DNA of 63,998 bases, filler included, from Jimgerdemannia flammicorona (GCA_003990765.1; 3 parts of 3 records of this genome joined end to end with filler, not necessarily neighbours in it); one strand, 5' to 3'. Shown: positions 24,861-37,900, counted from the whole stretch's first letter. Notes: generated from the sequence alone by a model not told the origin. A program made the numbers and translations.

Positions 24861-27165
24861 TATAATGATTCTAGTTTTTTTTAGAGAAAGTAGCTTAATC
24901 TGGAAGTTTTAGTTGGCCTAAAGTAGCTCAAAGAGATACTTAAAGGTTTAAGTATTCTTGAAGGATTTCTGAGAGAAAATATTCTGAGCTTTATTTGGAT
25001 AGAGAATAAGAAAATTTATATATAATCTAAAAGAAAGATCTGGAAGGATCTTAGAAAGAAAGAAAAAATGCCAAGTAATAGGTTCTTAGTAAAGCTGACT
25101 AATACTATTCTACAATGTTCTGAAAGGTTCCATAACTAGCTAAGATAAGATACTTAGTACCAAGAAAAGACAAGAATGTTCTAGTAGTGTCTGGGTACCA
25201 AGAGAAGGTTTTTAAACAAGTAGAAGGTGGTAGAACATAGTAGAATATTTAAGAAATGACAAGAAAAGACTAACTAAAAGATGTAAAAATATACTAAGAC
25301 TAAATATGACTGTGAAATTATTACATCTCTCTCTCCTTAAGAATCAATATCTTTGTTGAGTTCTTAGATAATATAAGACTAGATATATTTAACCAAAATT
25401 TCTCAAACTTGTATTGGCATATTGACAGAGATTAGCCATTCTTGTATAGAGCAGAGAGTCTATTACCAGACTAATTAACTGAGAGGAGTTTGAACTCAAC
25501 TAGTAGCTTTAGAGGAGGAAGAAGGCCCAGCGGGAGTCAAGGGAGCGAACTCAGAGCCAGTGTCAAAGCGAACGGAAGACATGTGGAAGAGCATATACAT
25601 ATAAGGGGGATGAACAAAGAACGTAACCGAAAATGCATCAGCCATTTATTGCCACGTAAAAATGCAGTCCTTATATACAAAATATGACGTCCCAAAAGGG
25701 AGGATGCGCCACAACTCGGGGCGAACCGAATTAGGAACCACATGACCACCGGAGATAGGCGGAGATAAAGGGGGAGCCAATCCCAGTTGCAGGATAAAAA
25801 TCACAAATAAACACAAACAAAACAAATCCAAATCGAGATTAAAAAACATCCGCAGACCCCGGAGGGGTGAGCATGAGCAAGGGGTGAGGCCGAAATGGAG
25901 CAAGCCACAGCGAGCCCAAGCGAAGCGAGGAGCCGAAGGCAGCAGAGGGGAGCGGAGTAAGGCCAAGACCCTGGAGTGAGCATGAGACCCCAGAGGGGGC
26001 AAGGATGTTTTTTAATCCTCTCTGGCAGAACCGGAGGCACCAGAAGGTGACAAAAACGCAAAACGAGAGCAATGGATTGAAGAAGAAATAGAAGGAAGAC
26101 GCGAATGAGCAATCAGAGGGCGTCGGGAAAGAGAAGAAAGTCTGTGGCATGAAAGAGAAGAGCGCAGGACGGTATCAGGGCGTTGAGCGACCCAGCAAGC
26201 ACAATCAAATGGTATGATAAGAATCGGGGGTGGGAAAGAAGAGAGGGTATGGAGAGGGTAAGGGGGGAGAGAGGGAAGGAAGGGGGGGTAAAGGGGAGAG
26301 AGTAGGGAAGAGTGAACAACAGACCATTCAACAGAAGCAAGCAGATCGTGAATGATAGAAATAGGATAGGCACGATGATGGACCATGAAGTTGCCAAGAA
26401 CCTGAACAGCAGACACCCAATTGGAACGATGGGAGCAGCATAGTGCAAGATGATGAGCCTCACCATGAACACATTCAAGAAGAGTGCGATGAGGATGATT
26501 GGACAAGAAGTCAGGGAACTATTGGGAATGGGGAAACCAGGAATAAACAACAGTTCAGAAGGGAGAAAGAGAAATAGAAAGGTCCAAAAAGGGAATACTA
26601 GTCATACTGCACACCCAAGTAATAGAATGATAGGGAGGGTAGACGCCCAAGAATACACTAGGGATATTAGAGGAGGAAGAAGGCCTAGCGGGAGCCAAGG
26701 AAGCGAACCCAGAGCCAGTGTCAAAGCAAACAGAAGACATGTGGAAGAGCATGTATAAGGGGGACGAACAAAGAACGTAACCGAAAATGCATCAGCCGTT
26801 TATTGCTACATAAAAACGCAGTCCTTATATATAAAATATGACATCCCAAAAGGGAGGATGTGCCACAACTCAGGGTGAACTGAATTAGGAACCACATGAC
26901 TGCCAGAGATAGGCAGAGATAAAGGGGGAGCCAATCTCAGTTGCAGGATAAAAATCACAAACAAACACAAACAAAACAAATCCAAATAGAGATTAAAAAA
27001 CATCTGCAGACCCCAGAGGGGTGAGGGCGAGCGAGGGGTGAGGCCGAAACGGAGCGAGCCACAGTGAGCCCGAGTGAAGCAAGGGGCCGAAGGCAGCGGA
27101 GGGGAGCGGAGTAAGGCCGAGACCCCGGAGCGAGCGCAAGACCCCAGAGGGGGCAAGGATGTTTT

Positions 27166-29250
27166 TTAATCCTCTCCGGCAGAACCAGAGGAATCAGAAG
27201 GTGACGAAAATGCAAAACGAGAGTGATGGATTGAAGAAGAAATAGAAGGAAGATGCGAACGAGCAATCAGAGGGCGTTGGGAAAGAGAAGAAAGTCCATG
27301 GTGTGAAAGAGGAGAGCGCAGGATAGTATCAGGGCGTTGAGCGACCCAGCAAGCACGATCAAATGGTATGACGAGAATTGGGGGTGGGAAAGAAGAGGGG
27401 GTACAGAGAGGGTAAGGGGAGAGAGAGGGAAGGGAGGGGGGGTAAAGGGGAGAGAGTAGGGAAGAGTGAACAACAGACCATTCAATAGAAGCAAGCAGAT
27501 CGTGAATGATAGAAATAGGGTAGGCACAACGATGGACCATGAAGTTGCCAAGAACCCGAACAGCAGACACCCAATCGGAACGATGGGAGCAGCATAGTGC
27601 AAGATGACGAGCCTCACTACGAACACATTCAAGAAGAGTGCGACGAGGATGATTGGACAAGAAGTCAGGGAACTGTTGGGAATAGGGAAACCAGGAATAA
27701 ACAACAGTTCAGAAGGGAGAAAGAGAAATAGAAAGGTCCAAAAAGGGAATACTAGTCATACTGCACACCCAAGTAATAGAATGATGGGTAGGGTAGATAC
27801 CCAAGAACACACTAGGGATATCAATGCCAGCAACAGTGAAGACAATAAAGTCATCAATGTATCGGCGAAAGAAGATATCCCTAGCCTGGAACACAATAGA
27901 AAGAGGTGAAGTAATATCATGTAATGCACGCAATTCATGGGCCAGGCCAATGAGGTTGGCAAGGGTGGGGGCACAATTCATTCCCATGGCAATACCAGAA
28001 GTCTGGTGAAAGGAGCCAAGGGCTGACTCAAAATAATTAGAGCCGCAGATGAGGAGCGTAAGCTCAACAATGGAAGCCAGCGAAACCAGGGAATCCAAAG
28101 GAAAAACCAAGGAACCCAAGAAGTGAAGGCAATCATCGATCTCATCAAAACGAATAGTAGTATAGAAGGAAGAGAAGTCACTAGAGGCCAAATGGGAAAA
28201 ACGGTGAACAGGCACAATGGTGGAGCAGAGAAGGGTGAGCTCCTGAGTATCATGAAGAATAGTATACTCAGGCCCAAGACAGTGTTGTAAGAGAGCCATC
28301 CAGGAGAGAAAGAAGCGGGACAACCACTTCGAAATCTCGGTGGTAGGAGAACTATAAGCAGCCATAATAGGATGCCAAGCCAAAATAGGTTTGTGAACTT
28401 TAGGAAGAGTATAGAAAACCAGAAGAGAAATATCCGGGGAGGACAAGAAGTCCTGGAAGAAGTTAAAAATGGGGTTTGCAAATGGAGAATCTGAAAGCGA
28501 TCTAGCATGAGCCAGAGAAACCCGAAGAAGAGTGAGAACCTCATCCAATCCAAGAGTGCTAGGCTCGTAAGCCGTGGCTCGAAGGAGGGCAGAAAGGCCA
28601 TCAAGGTAGAGCAACTTAGGAATAAGTGCAAAACCCTGATTCTTATCAGTAACTGTGAGCAAGTGCATAGGCAATTGCTTGACCGATTTAAGCGCGGTAC
28701 ACACGGCATGGTCCGAAACCAAGCAAGAGCGAGCTCATCCAGGAATAGACAGCGAGCAAGCTATGTCGAGGAATACGCAGTGTGAAGAGACATTGGGAGG
28801 GGGGACCCAATCACTAGGAATAAAATAGCGAGAGGGCATCTCACCACGATCTTGAAAGAAAATGGCAAGATCAAGAGCATGACGAAAACGTGTTAGACAA
28901 GCCGGATCAGTGAAGGAGAATTGTGAGGGAGTCGCAGGAAAAACAAAGCAAGGACTCAAGGATAGGGCAAAGACTTGAAGGGGAGAAAGGGGACAGTCAG
29001 CTGAAGAAAAAGGAGGAGACAAAAGTGTTCCAAGAGAAGAATAAACCCGAAAGTTTGGGACAAGCAACTGGGAAAGGCAAAGGGGGGACAACATGAGGAA
29101 CCACTCAGGGCACACCAGAAGCGACGATGGAATCCGAGAAGGGATGGGGACACCGGGGGAGAACCACACTGGGGGGAAGTTTAAGAGTGGGAGGCCTTCC
29201 CCTTCTCTCTGACTTTTTTTGAAGGTGGCGAACTCAACGAATAAGAGCAC
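27166..29250 (-). pseudogene. Penelope-like reverse transcriptase ORF2 (~690 codons, two in-frame TGA)
   Basis: ORFs 28735-29250, 27709-28722 and 27166-27660 share one frame; motifs TDKNQG, LPKVHK, HPIMA, DFSSFYTTI, QTSGIAMG-NCAP-LAN, RYIDD, IPFLD, SNHP. Confidence 0.9.
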
Positions 29251-30419
29251 ACCCCATCAGAGTGCCAGACCTTGTGGCCACAGGCTTTTGTGCAGCCCTT
29301 ACATTCAGAGACACGGGGAGAGGAGGTGGAGGAGGAACCGGCGGAGGAGGGTGAGCGAGCAGCCAAAGGGGCAGCAGCACAAGGAACACCACCATGAGGA
29401 CAGACGGACTTGGCCGGGTGCCAGTAGGCATGGTGGAGGTGACCAGAGCAGACAGTGCAAGGCCAGGCCCCGACAGGGTGAGAACCAAGTTGGCGGCCAT
29501 GCTTGGGGGCAGGGGGAACGGAGGAGGAAGCCTTGGCGGGGGAGGGGGACCGGGAAGAGGCCGATGAAGCCTGGTTGGGCTTGGCGGGGGTCTTGGCGGG
29601 GGTCTTAGAGGGAGCCTTGGCAGTGGCAGCAGTGAAGGAACGAACCTCAGTATGAGCAGCGGCACGAGCTTCAGCGCAGATGGCCTCGGAGACTGAAACC
29701 TTGGAGGAGGTAGGCAGGAGAGCAGTGGCGGTGGCGCGAGCAGCGGCGGCAGCACGTGATGACTCCTGCTCGTGAAGGTGAGCAACAAAAGTGGTGCCGG
29801 CAAGGAGGAAACAGCATACAGCGTCGATGTCAGCGGTGACAGAAGGAATGTCTTGGATGGCGAAGCCACAGAAGGGGGCAACATCCGAAAGACAGGAGGA
29901 GGCGAAGGCCATGAAAGCGGCACAGACATAGTGGAAGGAGGCGGAAGCAGTGGCAGTGGAAGCAGCAGCAACATCAGCAGCGGCGAGCTTGGCAGCGGCA
30001 GTGGTGGCACAAACCTCTTTGGAGAGGGCTTGGCAGCGGGCCTCAGGGAGAACAGAGTAGTGGACGGTGGGTGGAGTGACGATGTCGATGTCATGGTGGA
30101 GATGAGTCTCCTTGGCGGAGAGGGCAAGAACCGATCAGAACTGAGAGAGGAGTGGACAACCAGAAGGACGAAGGTCCAAGGGGAGGGAGAGGATGGCAGA
30201 AGAGATGTAGGTCTTGAAGAAGATAGTGGCGGGGGTGAAGGCAGGGGGAGAAGGAGGAGGAAGTTCCTCATCCATGAGCTCGTCGACGAGGACGGAGGCC
30301 TCAAGGGCAGGCGGTACAGCAGAGGAGGAAGAAGGCCCAGCGGGAGCCAAGGGAGCAAACTCAGAGCCAGTGTCAAAGCGAATGGAAGACATGTAGAAGA
30401 GTGTGTATAAGGGGGACAA
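29181..30419 (-). pseudogene. ORF1 of the Penelope-like element (~400 codons, Ala/Pro-rich, C-terminal Cys/His motifs)
   Basis: ORFs 30135-30419 and 29181-29912 share one frame, split by one TGA; CTVCSGHLHHAYWHPAKSVCPH and CKGCTKACGHKVWHSDGVC. Confidence 0.65.
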
Positions 30420-30874
30420 ACAAAGAATGTAACTGAAAATGCATCAGCTATTTATTGCCATGTAAAAACGCAGTCCTTATATACAAAATACGATGTCCCA
30501 AAAGAGAGGATGTGCCACAACTCAGGGTGAACCGAATTAGGAATCACATGACCGCCGGAGATAGGCGGAGATAAAGGGGGAGCTAATCCCAGTTGCAAGA
30601 TAAAAATCACAAACAAACACAAACAAAACAAATCCAAATAGAGATTAAAAAACATCCTTGCCCTCTCTGGGGTCTCGCGCTCACTCCAGGGTCTCGGCCT
30701 TACTCCACTCTCCTCCGCTGCCTTTGGCCCCTCACTTCGCTCAGGCTCGCTGTAGCTCGCTCCATTTCGGCCTCACCCCTCGCTCGCGCTCACCTCTCTG
30801 GGGTCTGCGGATGTTTTTTAATCTCCATTTGGATTTGTTTTATTTGTGTTTGTTTGTGATTTTTATCCTGCAAC

Positions 30875-31015
30875 TGGGATTGGCTCCCCCTTTATCTCTG
30901 CCTATCTCCGGTAGTCATGTGGTTCCTAATTCGGTTTGCCCTGAGTTGTGGCGCATCCTCCCTTTTGGGACGTCGTATTTTGTATATAAGGACCGCATTT
31001 TTACATGGCAATAAA
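30875..31015 (+). promoter_or_regulatory. Putative promoter/polyA module of the pseudo-LTR (also in the minus-strand copies)
   Basis: Reverse CCAAT (GGATTGGC), GACGTC, TATATAA (~30983) and AATAAA (~31010), upstream of the ORF1 start-equivalent. Confidence 0.4.
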
Positions 31016-34000
31016 TGGCTGATGCATTTTCGGTTATATTCTTTGTTTGTCCCCCTTATACATGCTCTTCCACATATCTTCTGTTCACTTTGACACTGGC
31101 TCTGGGTTCACTCCCTTGGCTCCCACTGGGCCTTCTTCTTCCTCTGTTAGATTGAAGGTTTGAAGCTTAAGGCTCTACTTGGCTTATAGATATAATAGAG
31201 TAAGTTGGGTATTGATATACTTAAGGGATTGATAGTCAGTAATGATATCAAACTCAATACCTTCTAGATAGTATCCAGTGATCTAGTGCATATATTATTG
31301 CTAGTAATTTCTTCTCATGAGTGGCTAGCTTTTGTTCAGCTAGAGCTAACTTGTGGGACTCAAAAGTAATAAGATGATGTTCTTTGCCATCATCTTATAA
31401 CAGGACTGCTCTAATGGCAAAACTCAACATATTAGTAGTAACTATGAATTTTAGACCTTGATCTGCATTATGCAGAACTAGAGCATGGGTCAGGTAGTTC
31501 TTGAGTTCTTGAAAGGCTTGTTGATAGAATAGATCCCAGGTATAGAGTATATAGTGGTCTGAGTGTAGGGCCTTCCTCATGAGATTAGTCAGTAGCTCAG
31601 CAATACCAGAGAAGTTTCTGATAAAGTAGTAGTAGTAGTCAGCTAGATCAAAGAAGAATTAAAGTTCTGTAAGATTCAATGGAATGGGCCATTCTTCAAT
31701 TGCTTTTATCTTATATAGGTCTACTTAAATTCCTTATGCAGAGATAATGTGACCAAGGTATTTGACTTGTTCTTTGAAGAATTTGCACTTCTTGAGCTTA
31801 ACATAAAACTTGTATTTTTGCAGGATCTCTAGGACTATTCAAATGTGTTTGAGGTATTCTTCTTTAGTTGTACTAAAGATCAGATTATCATCAAGATATA
31901 CCAATAAAAAAATAAATAGTTGGTTCTTAAATATCTTATTCATCAGGGTCTGATATATAGTAAGTACATTGGTGAGACCAAATGCTAAGATCAGAAATTT
32001 ATAGAGTCCAAAGAGGGTCATGAATGTAGTTTTGGGAATATCTTCTGACTTAATTCAAATCTGGTAGTATTCTGATATGAAGTCTAACTTGGTGAAGTAC
32101 TTAGCATTCTTGAGAGTATTAAAGATTTGATCAATCAAGAGTAGTGGATAGCAGTTCTTGACAGTGAGCTTGTTAAGTGTATGGTAGTCTATACATATTC
32201 ATAGGATACTATTCTTCTTGACAAATAAGACTAGTGAGCCATAAGGAGATTTGCTTGGCTGGATAGCTCCTCATGTAAGTAGTTCTTCTAGTTTCTTCTT
32301 GACTGCTTCAATTTTAAGTAGTGACATATAGTACATATGTTTCTTGGGTGGTACAGCTCCTGGAGTCAGTTTGATTTCATGATCAACTTCTTGTATAGGT
32401 GGTAGACTAGGTAGCTTATCTGGAAAGACATCCTTGAATTCTTCTAGCAGTAGCTTGATGCTTTCATTGACTGATAGTTTCTTATCTTGTTTCTTGAGGC
32501 AGATTATTACAATAAAGACATGCATTGTCTTCTTGAGTACTTTCTTATATTATATAGCTGATAGTATTGCAATCTGAGTCTTGCTTATAGTCTTGTCTGT
32601 CTTAATTATAATATTAGCTCTATCTTAAAGTAAGGTGACTTCATTCTTATACCAATCAATGTCTAGGTTGTGTTTCATAAGCCAGGGTTTTCCTAAGATC
32701 AGGTTATGATCTCCTAGTAGTGCAATTTTAAAGTCTACTCATTTCCAATATTTCTGAATCTTGATGGGTAGTTTGGCAGAAATTGACTTAATAGAGTGTA
32801 GAGTACTATCTGCAATGACTATATTATTATTCTTGGGTGCAAGCTTGATAAAGATCTTGAGAATTTTGATAAGGTTCTGATTTATGAAGTTTCCTGTAGC
32901 TTCACTGTCTATGAGTACTTGAACTTCTTTTTCTTTGATTAGGTCTTTGAAAATGAGTATAGCTTGAACTCGATTTTCACTGAGACTTACTGCTTGATCA
33001 GTACTATTAAAATCTTTTTGATCTCATTTGATTTTAGAGAGTTCTTGGACTTCTGTAATCCTAAGTTGACTGGCTTTTTCTAGGATCATTTGTGTGACTC
33101 GGTCTCCTTTCTTAACTGTATAGTCTTGATCCTTCTAGTTAATAAGTAGAACTTGAACTTATCCTTAAAAGTCTGGGTCAAAGACACTAGCATCTATATT
33201 CAAATGATGTTTGTCACTGAGTCCTGATTGTAGTACAATTCTGACATAATATTCTTCAGAATATTGAACTGCAATTTCAGTAGGCACCAGAGTTCAGCTC
33301 TTGGCTGGAATAGTGACTTGTTTGACTGAGTGTAGGTTAAGACCAATGGCTTCTTCTGTTTGATATTAAGAGGTCTGGGCCTTTGGATGAAGCTTCTTGA
33401 TCTTGAGCTTAGGTTGACTAGTAGTGGGGTTGACAGATATGTCTTTGGATAATATGGTAACTAGTTTTGAGAGTTCACTATTCTTCCTAGGACATTTGGT
33501 TGCAATATATCCTATTTGGTAATAGAAGAAACAGACTCCAGATTTCTTCAGGCAGTCCTTTTTTTTAGGGGTAAACTTGGTGTTCTTTTTGTTCATGATA
33601 TCTAGATCCATTGGTGCTAGACCAACTATCCTTGATTGGTTCTTGTAGTGGTTCTCAAAGTGGTTCTTCTTGTAATGTTCTGGTTTGAAGCAGTTGCCAA
33701 AGGTGATGACATCAAACCTATTAGTAATTCTCATAGCTTCATCAAGATTTTTGGGCTCTTCTAGCTTGACCTTGACTTATGTATTTCTCTTCAGACCTTG
33801 GACATAGTGATCTATCTTTTCATCCTCAGATATCGCTGGTAGCTTGAGTAGGATTGATAAGAATTATGTATTGTAGCTTTGCACAAACTTGAGTTATTTG
33901 ATGTTCACTAACTTGTCTCTGGCTAGTTTGGTGGTATTAGCAGACTTGAACTGCTTGTAAAGAGCTCTCTTGAAGGCTTCCCAGTCTCTGATTCATACAT

Positions 34001-34930
34001 ATGAGTGTATAGAGATAACCATGATATGATTGTACTATTAGATGGCTATATTTCCTCAGAGGAGTGTGGTGGCAAATTGAACTTATATGTCATCTTCTAT
34101 TCTTGTGAGCTCAAAGTATTAGTCCAACTAGAAGGTCTATACATCTGTAGATAGTCCTCTTCAATAGCTATTGAAGATATCTGGCTTAAGTGGCTTAAAA
34201 CTGACTAGTGTTATGGTAGAATGTGATGTACTTGCAGTTTGTATTTTCTGCTATTCTAGTTATACTTGAAGTTCTTAGATTTGGTAGACCATAGCATTGA
34301 TCATATCCTCTATGCTGAGTTGCTATCCTCTTGCTTCTTCTGTAGCAAAGAGGTCTAGCTGATAGACTGACTCTTTGTAGCTCATTTTGGATTATTTGTA
34401 ACTGGTTTCCAAATTTATATAAGATTTCTTAATAAGGTAAGATATAATGATACTGCTGCTACCAATTGTAATAGTTCTAGTTTCTTTAAAAGAAAGCAGC
34501 TAAATCTGGAAGTTCTAGTTAGCCTAAAGTAGCTTGAAGAGATACTTAAAGGTTCAAGTATTCTTGAAGAATTTCTAGAAGAAAATATTCTGAGCTTTAT
34601 TTAGGCAGAGAATAAGAATATTTATATATGATCTGAAAGAAAGATTCAGAAGGATCTTAGAAAGAAAGAGAAATATCAAGAAATAGATTTTTGGCAAAGC
34701 TGACTAATACTATTCTACAATGTTCCAAAAGGTTCTATAACTAGCTAAGATAAGATACTTAGTACTAAGGAAAGACAAGAATATTCTAGTGATGTCTGGG
34801 TACTAAGCGAAGGTTTCTAAGTAAGTAGAAGGTAGTAGAACATAGTAAAATGTTTAAGAAATGACAAGAAAAGACTAACTAAAAGATGCAAAAATATACT
34901 AAGACCAAATATGACTTTAAAATTGTTACA

Positions 34931-37900
34931 GATATATTTTGATTTGTCACAATAGTTATTTTAGCAAATATCTTAGTGAGGTTCTCTATAAGATTACTAT
35001 TTTTTTGTTATTTTATAGCTTTTAGTTATAGTATATTTTAATTGACTATTGTGATAAGAATTATTGTAAGAGGGTTGCTTTTTAGGGTAACTATTACATA
35101 GTTCTGGAAGGGTTTTCTAGAGGTTCTGGATATTCTGGAAGACCATTTTCTTATGATCAAGATCAATTTTATATAGAGTACATCCTCTATGCTTATTGAT
35201 TTCAAGATTGGATTGACATTTCAACCAAAGTCCTTTTTTGGACTAGTTCTGGATGTTCAGGATTTTCCATATTTCAGGAAGTTCAAGAAACTAAAACCAG
35301 CTTAGTTGAATTGGCATATCGCTGCAGATAATACCCAATTAGGAAATTTTGTCATGGGGTTAGGGGTGGGACTTAACGGAGAGTGGATTTACTTAAGAGT
35401 GGTTTGTGGGTTATTAAATAGGTTTATTTGCTATTTATGATATTGCTATACTAGGAGTAGTTATATAAAGGGATATTGTGGAAAAGTATTCAGAAGTATT
35501 CGAATCTGAGATTCTGAGATCTGGGAGAGGGGGTATTTATACTAGTGAGGAGCTATCTGGACTATGCTGAATATAGATATAGCACTAAGTATCTTGCTGA
35601 GTTGGAATGCAGTCATGTAGTATAAGTGTGATCTGATATATCAAGAGATCATTTGACTGTTGAGTCAGTTCACAGTTATGTTGTACAAGACTAGTTTAAC
35701 TATACTATAACTGCTAAGCTATTTATAAGTTTAGATGCTGTCAGGGTAGTCTTTAATGACATCACCATCAATGACATCATCTCTGATAAAGTAGTCATCT
35801 AAGAAGAGTGGTTTGTTGATTACTTCTCCTTATTTGCTGAGATAATAATACATTAGAACTTCATCTCCACTTTCATCAGATTCACTGTCTGCATATCTTC
35901 TGTAGGTTACAGCACTATGAGTTATAGGGTTATAGTAAGCTGGTGGCTGTGGTTCATATCACTCATACTCGGGTGGTGAAGTTGTTGGTTCAATCTCAAG
36001 AGTTGTCTGAAGGTACAGGTTGTATTCTCTGGTCTCTTCATTGTAGTTGAAGTAATCAGGGATAAACATAGGTTGGTATTCATACTAGTGGTCATTGTCC
36101 CAATAAGTCTCATATATAGTTATGAACTATTGTAAGTTTATTGGCAAGATTGGTGATGTGATCAGGGTCAGCAGGGATCCTTGGCTTGAGGTCATATCAG
36201 TGTCAGAGGGATCATTGTCTTCTGCTTCATCTTCATCGAACTGGATTATATTATAGATATCTTTTATAGCATATCCGACTTGGGGCATTTGTAGGATATG
36301 GTTGTCAGGGTGCAGGAAGATTCTGTCTGTGGTCTGGATGTACTTGAGGTACTTGTAGTTGAGTTCTTGTATCATATCGTCAATTTGGCTATAGAATAGG
36401 GTAGCAATCATTTTGCTGATAGTAACTCAGAGACAGGGAATAAAGGTGCTATTCTCATAGAAGAGTTCTCTATGCTTGCGGGTGATGAGCTTCTGGTGTT
36501 GAGACATCTGGGTAATATCTGTATCATGGTGATGTTCAATCATATCTTCCAAGAGGTGGCCAATCTGGTAGTAGCTTGAGATTTGTCCAATCTGGTGGGC
36601 CTCATTAAGCATGTTCAGAATATTCCATTGGGCTTCCACAAAGTAGAGGAGTACTAGGCTATAGATATTCATGAGGGGCAGAGGGAGTGTGGCTTAGTTG
36701 ATAATGGCATTCCAAATATTAGTATAGATGCAGTTGTAGATCTCAGTGGTCATGTTTGTGTGTTTTGGTAGTTATAGTTATTATTTGTTTTGGTTCTTTG
36801 TTTTGATATATCTTAGTGCTCGGTATATATGCATTTAGTCCTGATTGGTAAGATTTTGTTTGTGTGAATCTTATGTTCTATGACTTTGTGTTGACTCAGC
36901 TTTGTGCACTGTAACTTCAGTTTGACTCAGCTTTGTGATCAAGCAGGTGATTTCCAGATTTATTCAGAGGTTATGTATGATTTCAGTAGCTTATTCAGAG
37001 GGTGACATGTGATTTCAGTGGCTTGGAGGTTGTGTGCTTACAATTATCCTAGTTACCTTGGATGTATTGATTTTGGCTCTAGTGATTCTTTTTATTATAT
37101 AATCTTATAGATATCTGACTATCTAGTATCACTGAGTATAGGTGACCTTCTGTAGCAGATCTAGAGCTACTAGTGATAAGTAGATGATTATGACTATCTC
37201 TGAGTAGACTTTTTTCATAAAGGTTATCTTAGCTACTTGGTCTCAGATAGCATTAGTATAATCTGTAAGAATTATCTGATATTAGATACTGGTGTAGAAT
37301 ATATTTAGATTCTTACTTACTCTTTGATATATAGTATTGAGCTAATCATTTAGAGTTTGTTTAATCTTATCTATATAGTAGATAACTTAGAGCTAGATCT
37401 TCTATACTATTAGTACAGTATTGTCATTATTTTTTATATAGGTTATAGCTATAAATACTGCTCTTATGGAGTCTTGAAGACTGAAAGATACATATGAGGA
37501 CTACTTGCTGTCTTACTATCAAAGTCCTTATAGTAATATATTACTCAAAATTATTAATAAAGATAATAATTGATTTATCTGAAGTATATTTATAGAATAC
37601 TGATGATCTTATATCTATTTTATCTAGATATCTTATTTGATTTATGTGGTTGTTCTTTGAATAGCTATTATTTGTTATTTAGCTTGAAAGTGAGGAATTT
37701 ATTTTAAATTACTAGCTAATAAGTACTAAGTTATAATATAGCAGATATATAATTATATAAGTATATATATTAGATTTCTATATCTTAAAAACTTGATTTT
37801 CTTTAACTTTATAGAGTTCTCAGAATATAAAAATAGGTGAGTTTGAAGTATATCTATCTGCAGACTTACTAGTTCTCTTACTTTCTCTTTGCTTTGAACT

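Larger units (their letters stand above)
25511..31145 (-). mobile_element. Endonuclease-less Penelope-like retroelement: 3' partial copy (25511-26668), full copy (26669-30657) and inverted pseudo-LTR (30643-31145)
   Basis: Penelope-type RT; repeated pseudo-LTR starting AGAGGAGGAAGAAGG at 25511, 26669 and 30321, and inverted ending at 31145; no GIY-YIG, RNase H, integrase or tyrosine recombinase seen. Confidence 0.88.
24861..34930 (-). mobile_element. Ty3/Gypsy element D: ~465-bp LTRs (34467-34930, 24861-25325), gag-dUTPase-PR-RT-RH, integrase deleted, interrupted by the Penelope-like element
   Basis: Matching LTRs; PBS TGGTAGCAGCAG 34464-34453; PPT 25326-25340; gag ATG 34385; knuckle CFFYYQIGYIATKC; dUTPase ~33412-33002; protease VLIDSEATGNFI; RT VYLDDNLIFS. 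Confidence 0.85.

Noticed and set aside
31015..31040. Hammerhead ribozyme core in the pseudo-LTR (CTGATGC)
   Set aside because: Not CUGANGA, and no GAAA with matching helices on the same strand; an HDV-like P1 after the 3' end site was also not found by eye.
25511..31145. DIRS/Ngaro element suggested by the inverted and split repeats
   Set aside because: RT motifs are Penelope-type, and no RNase H or tyrosine recombinase is present.
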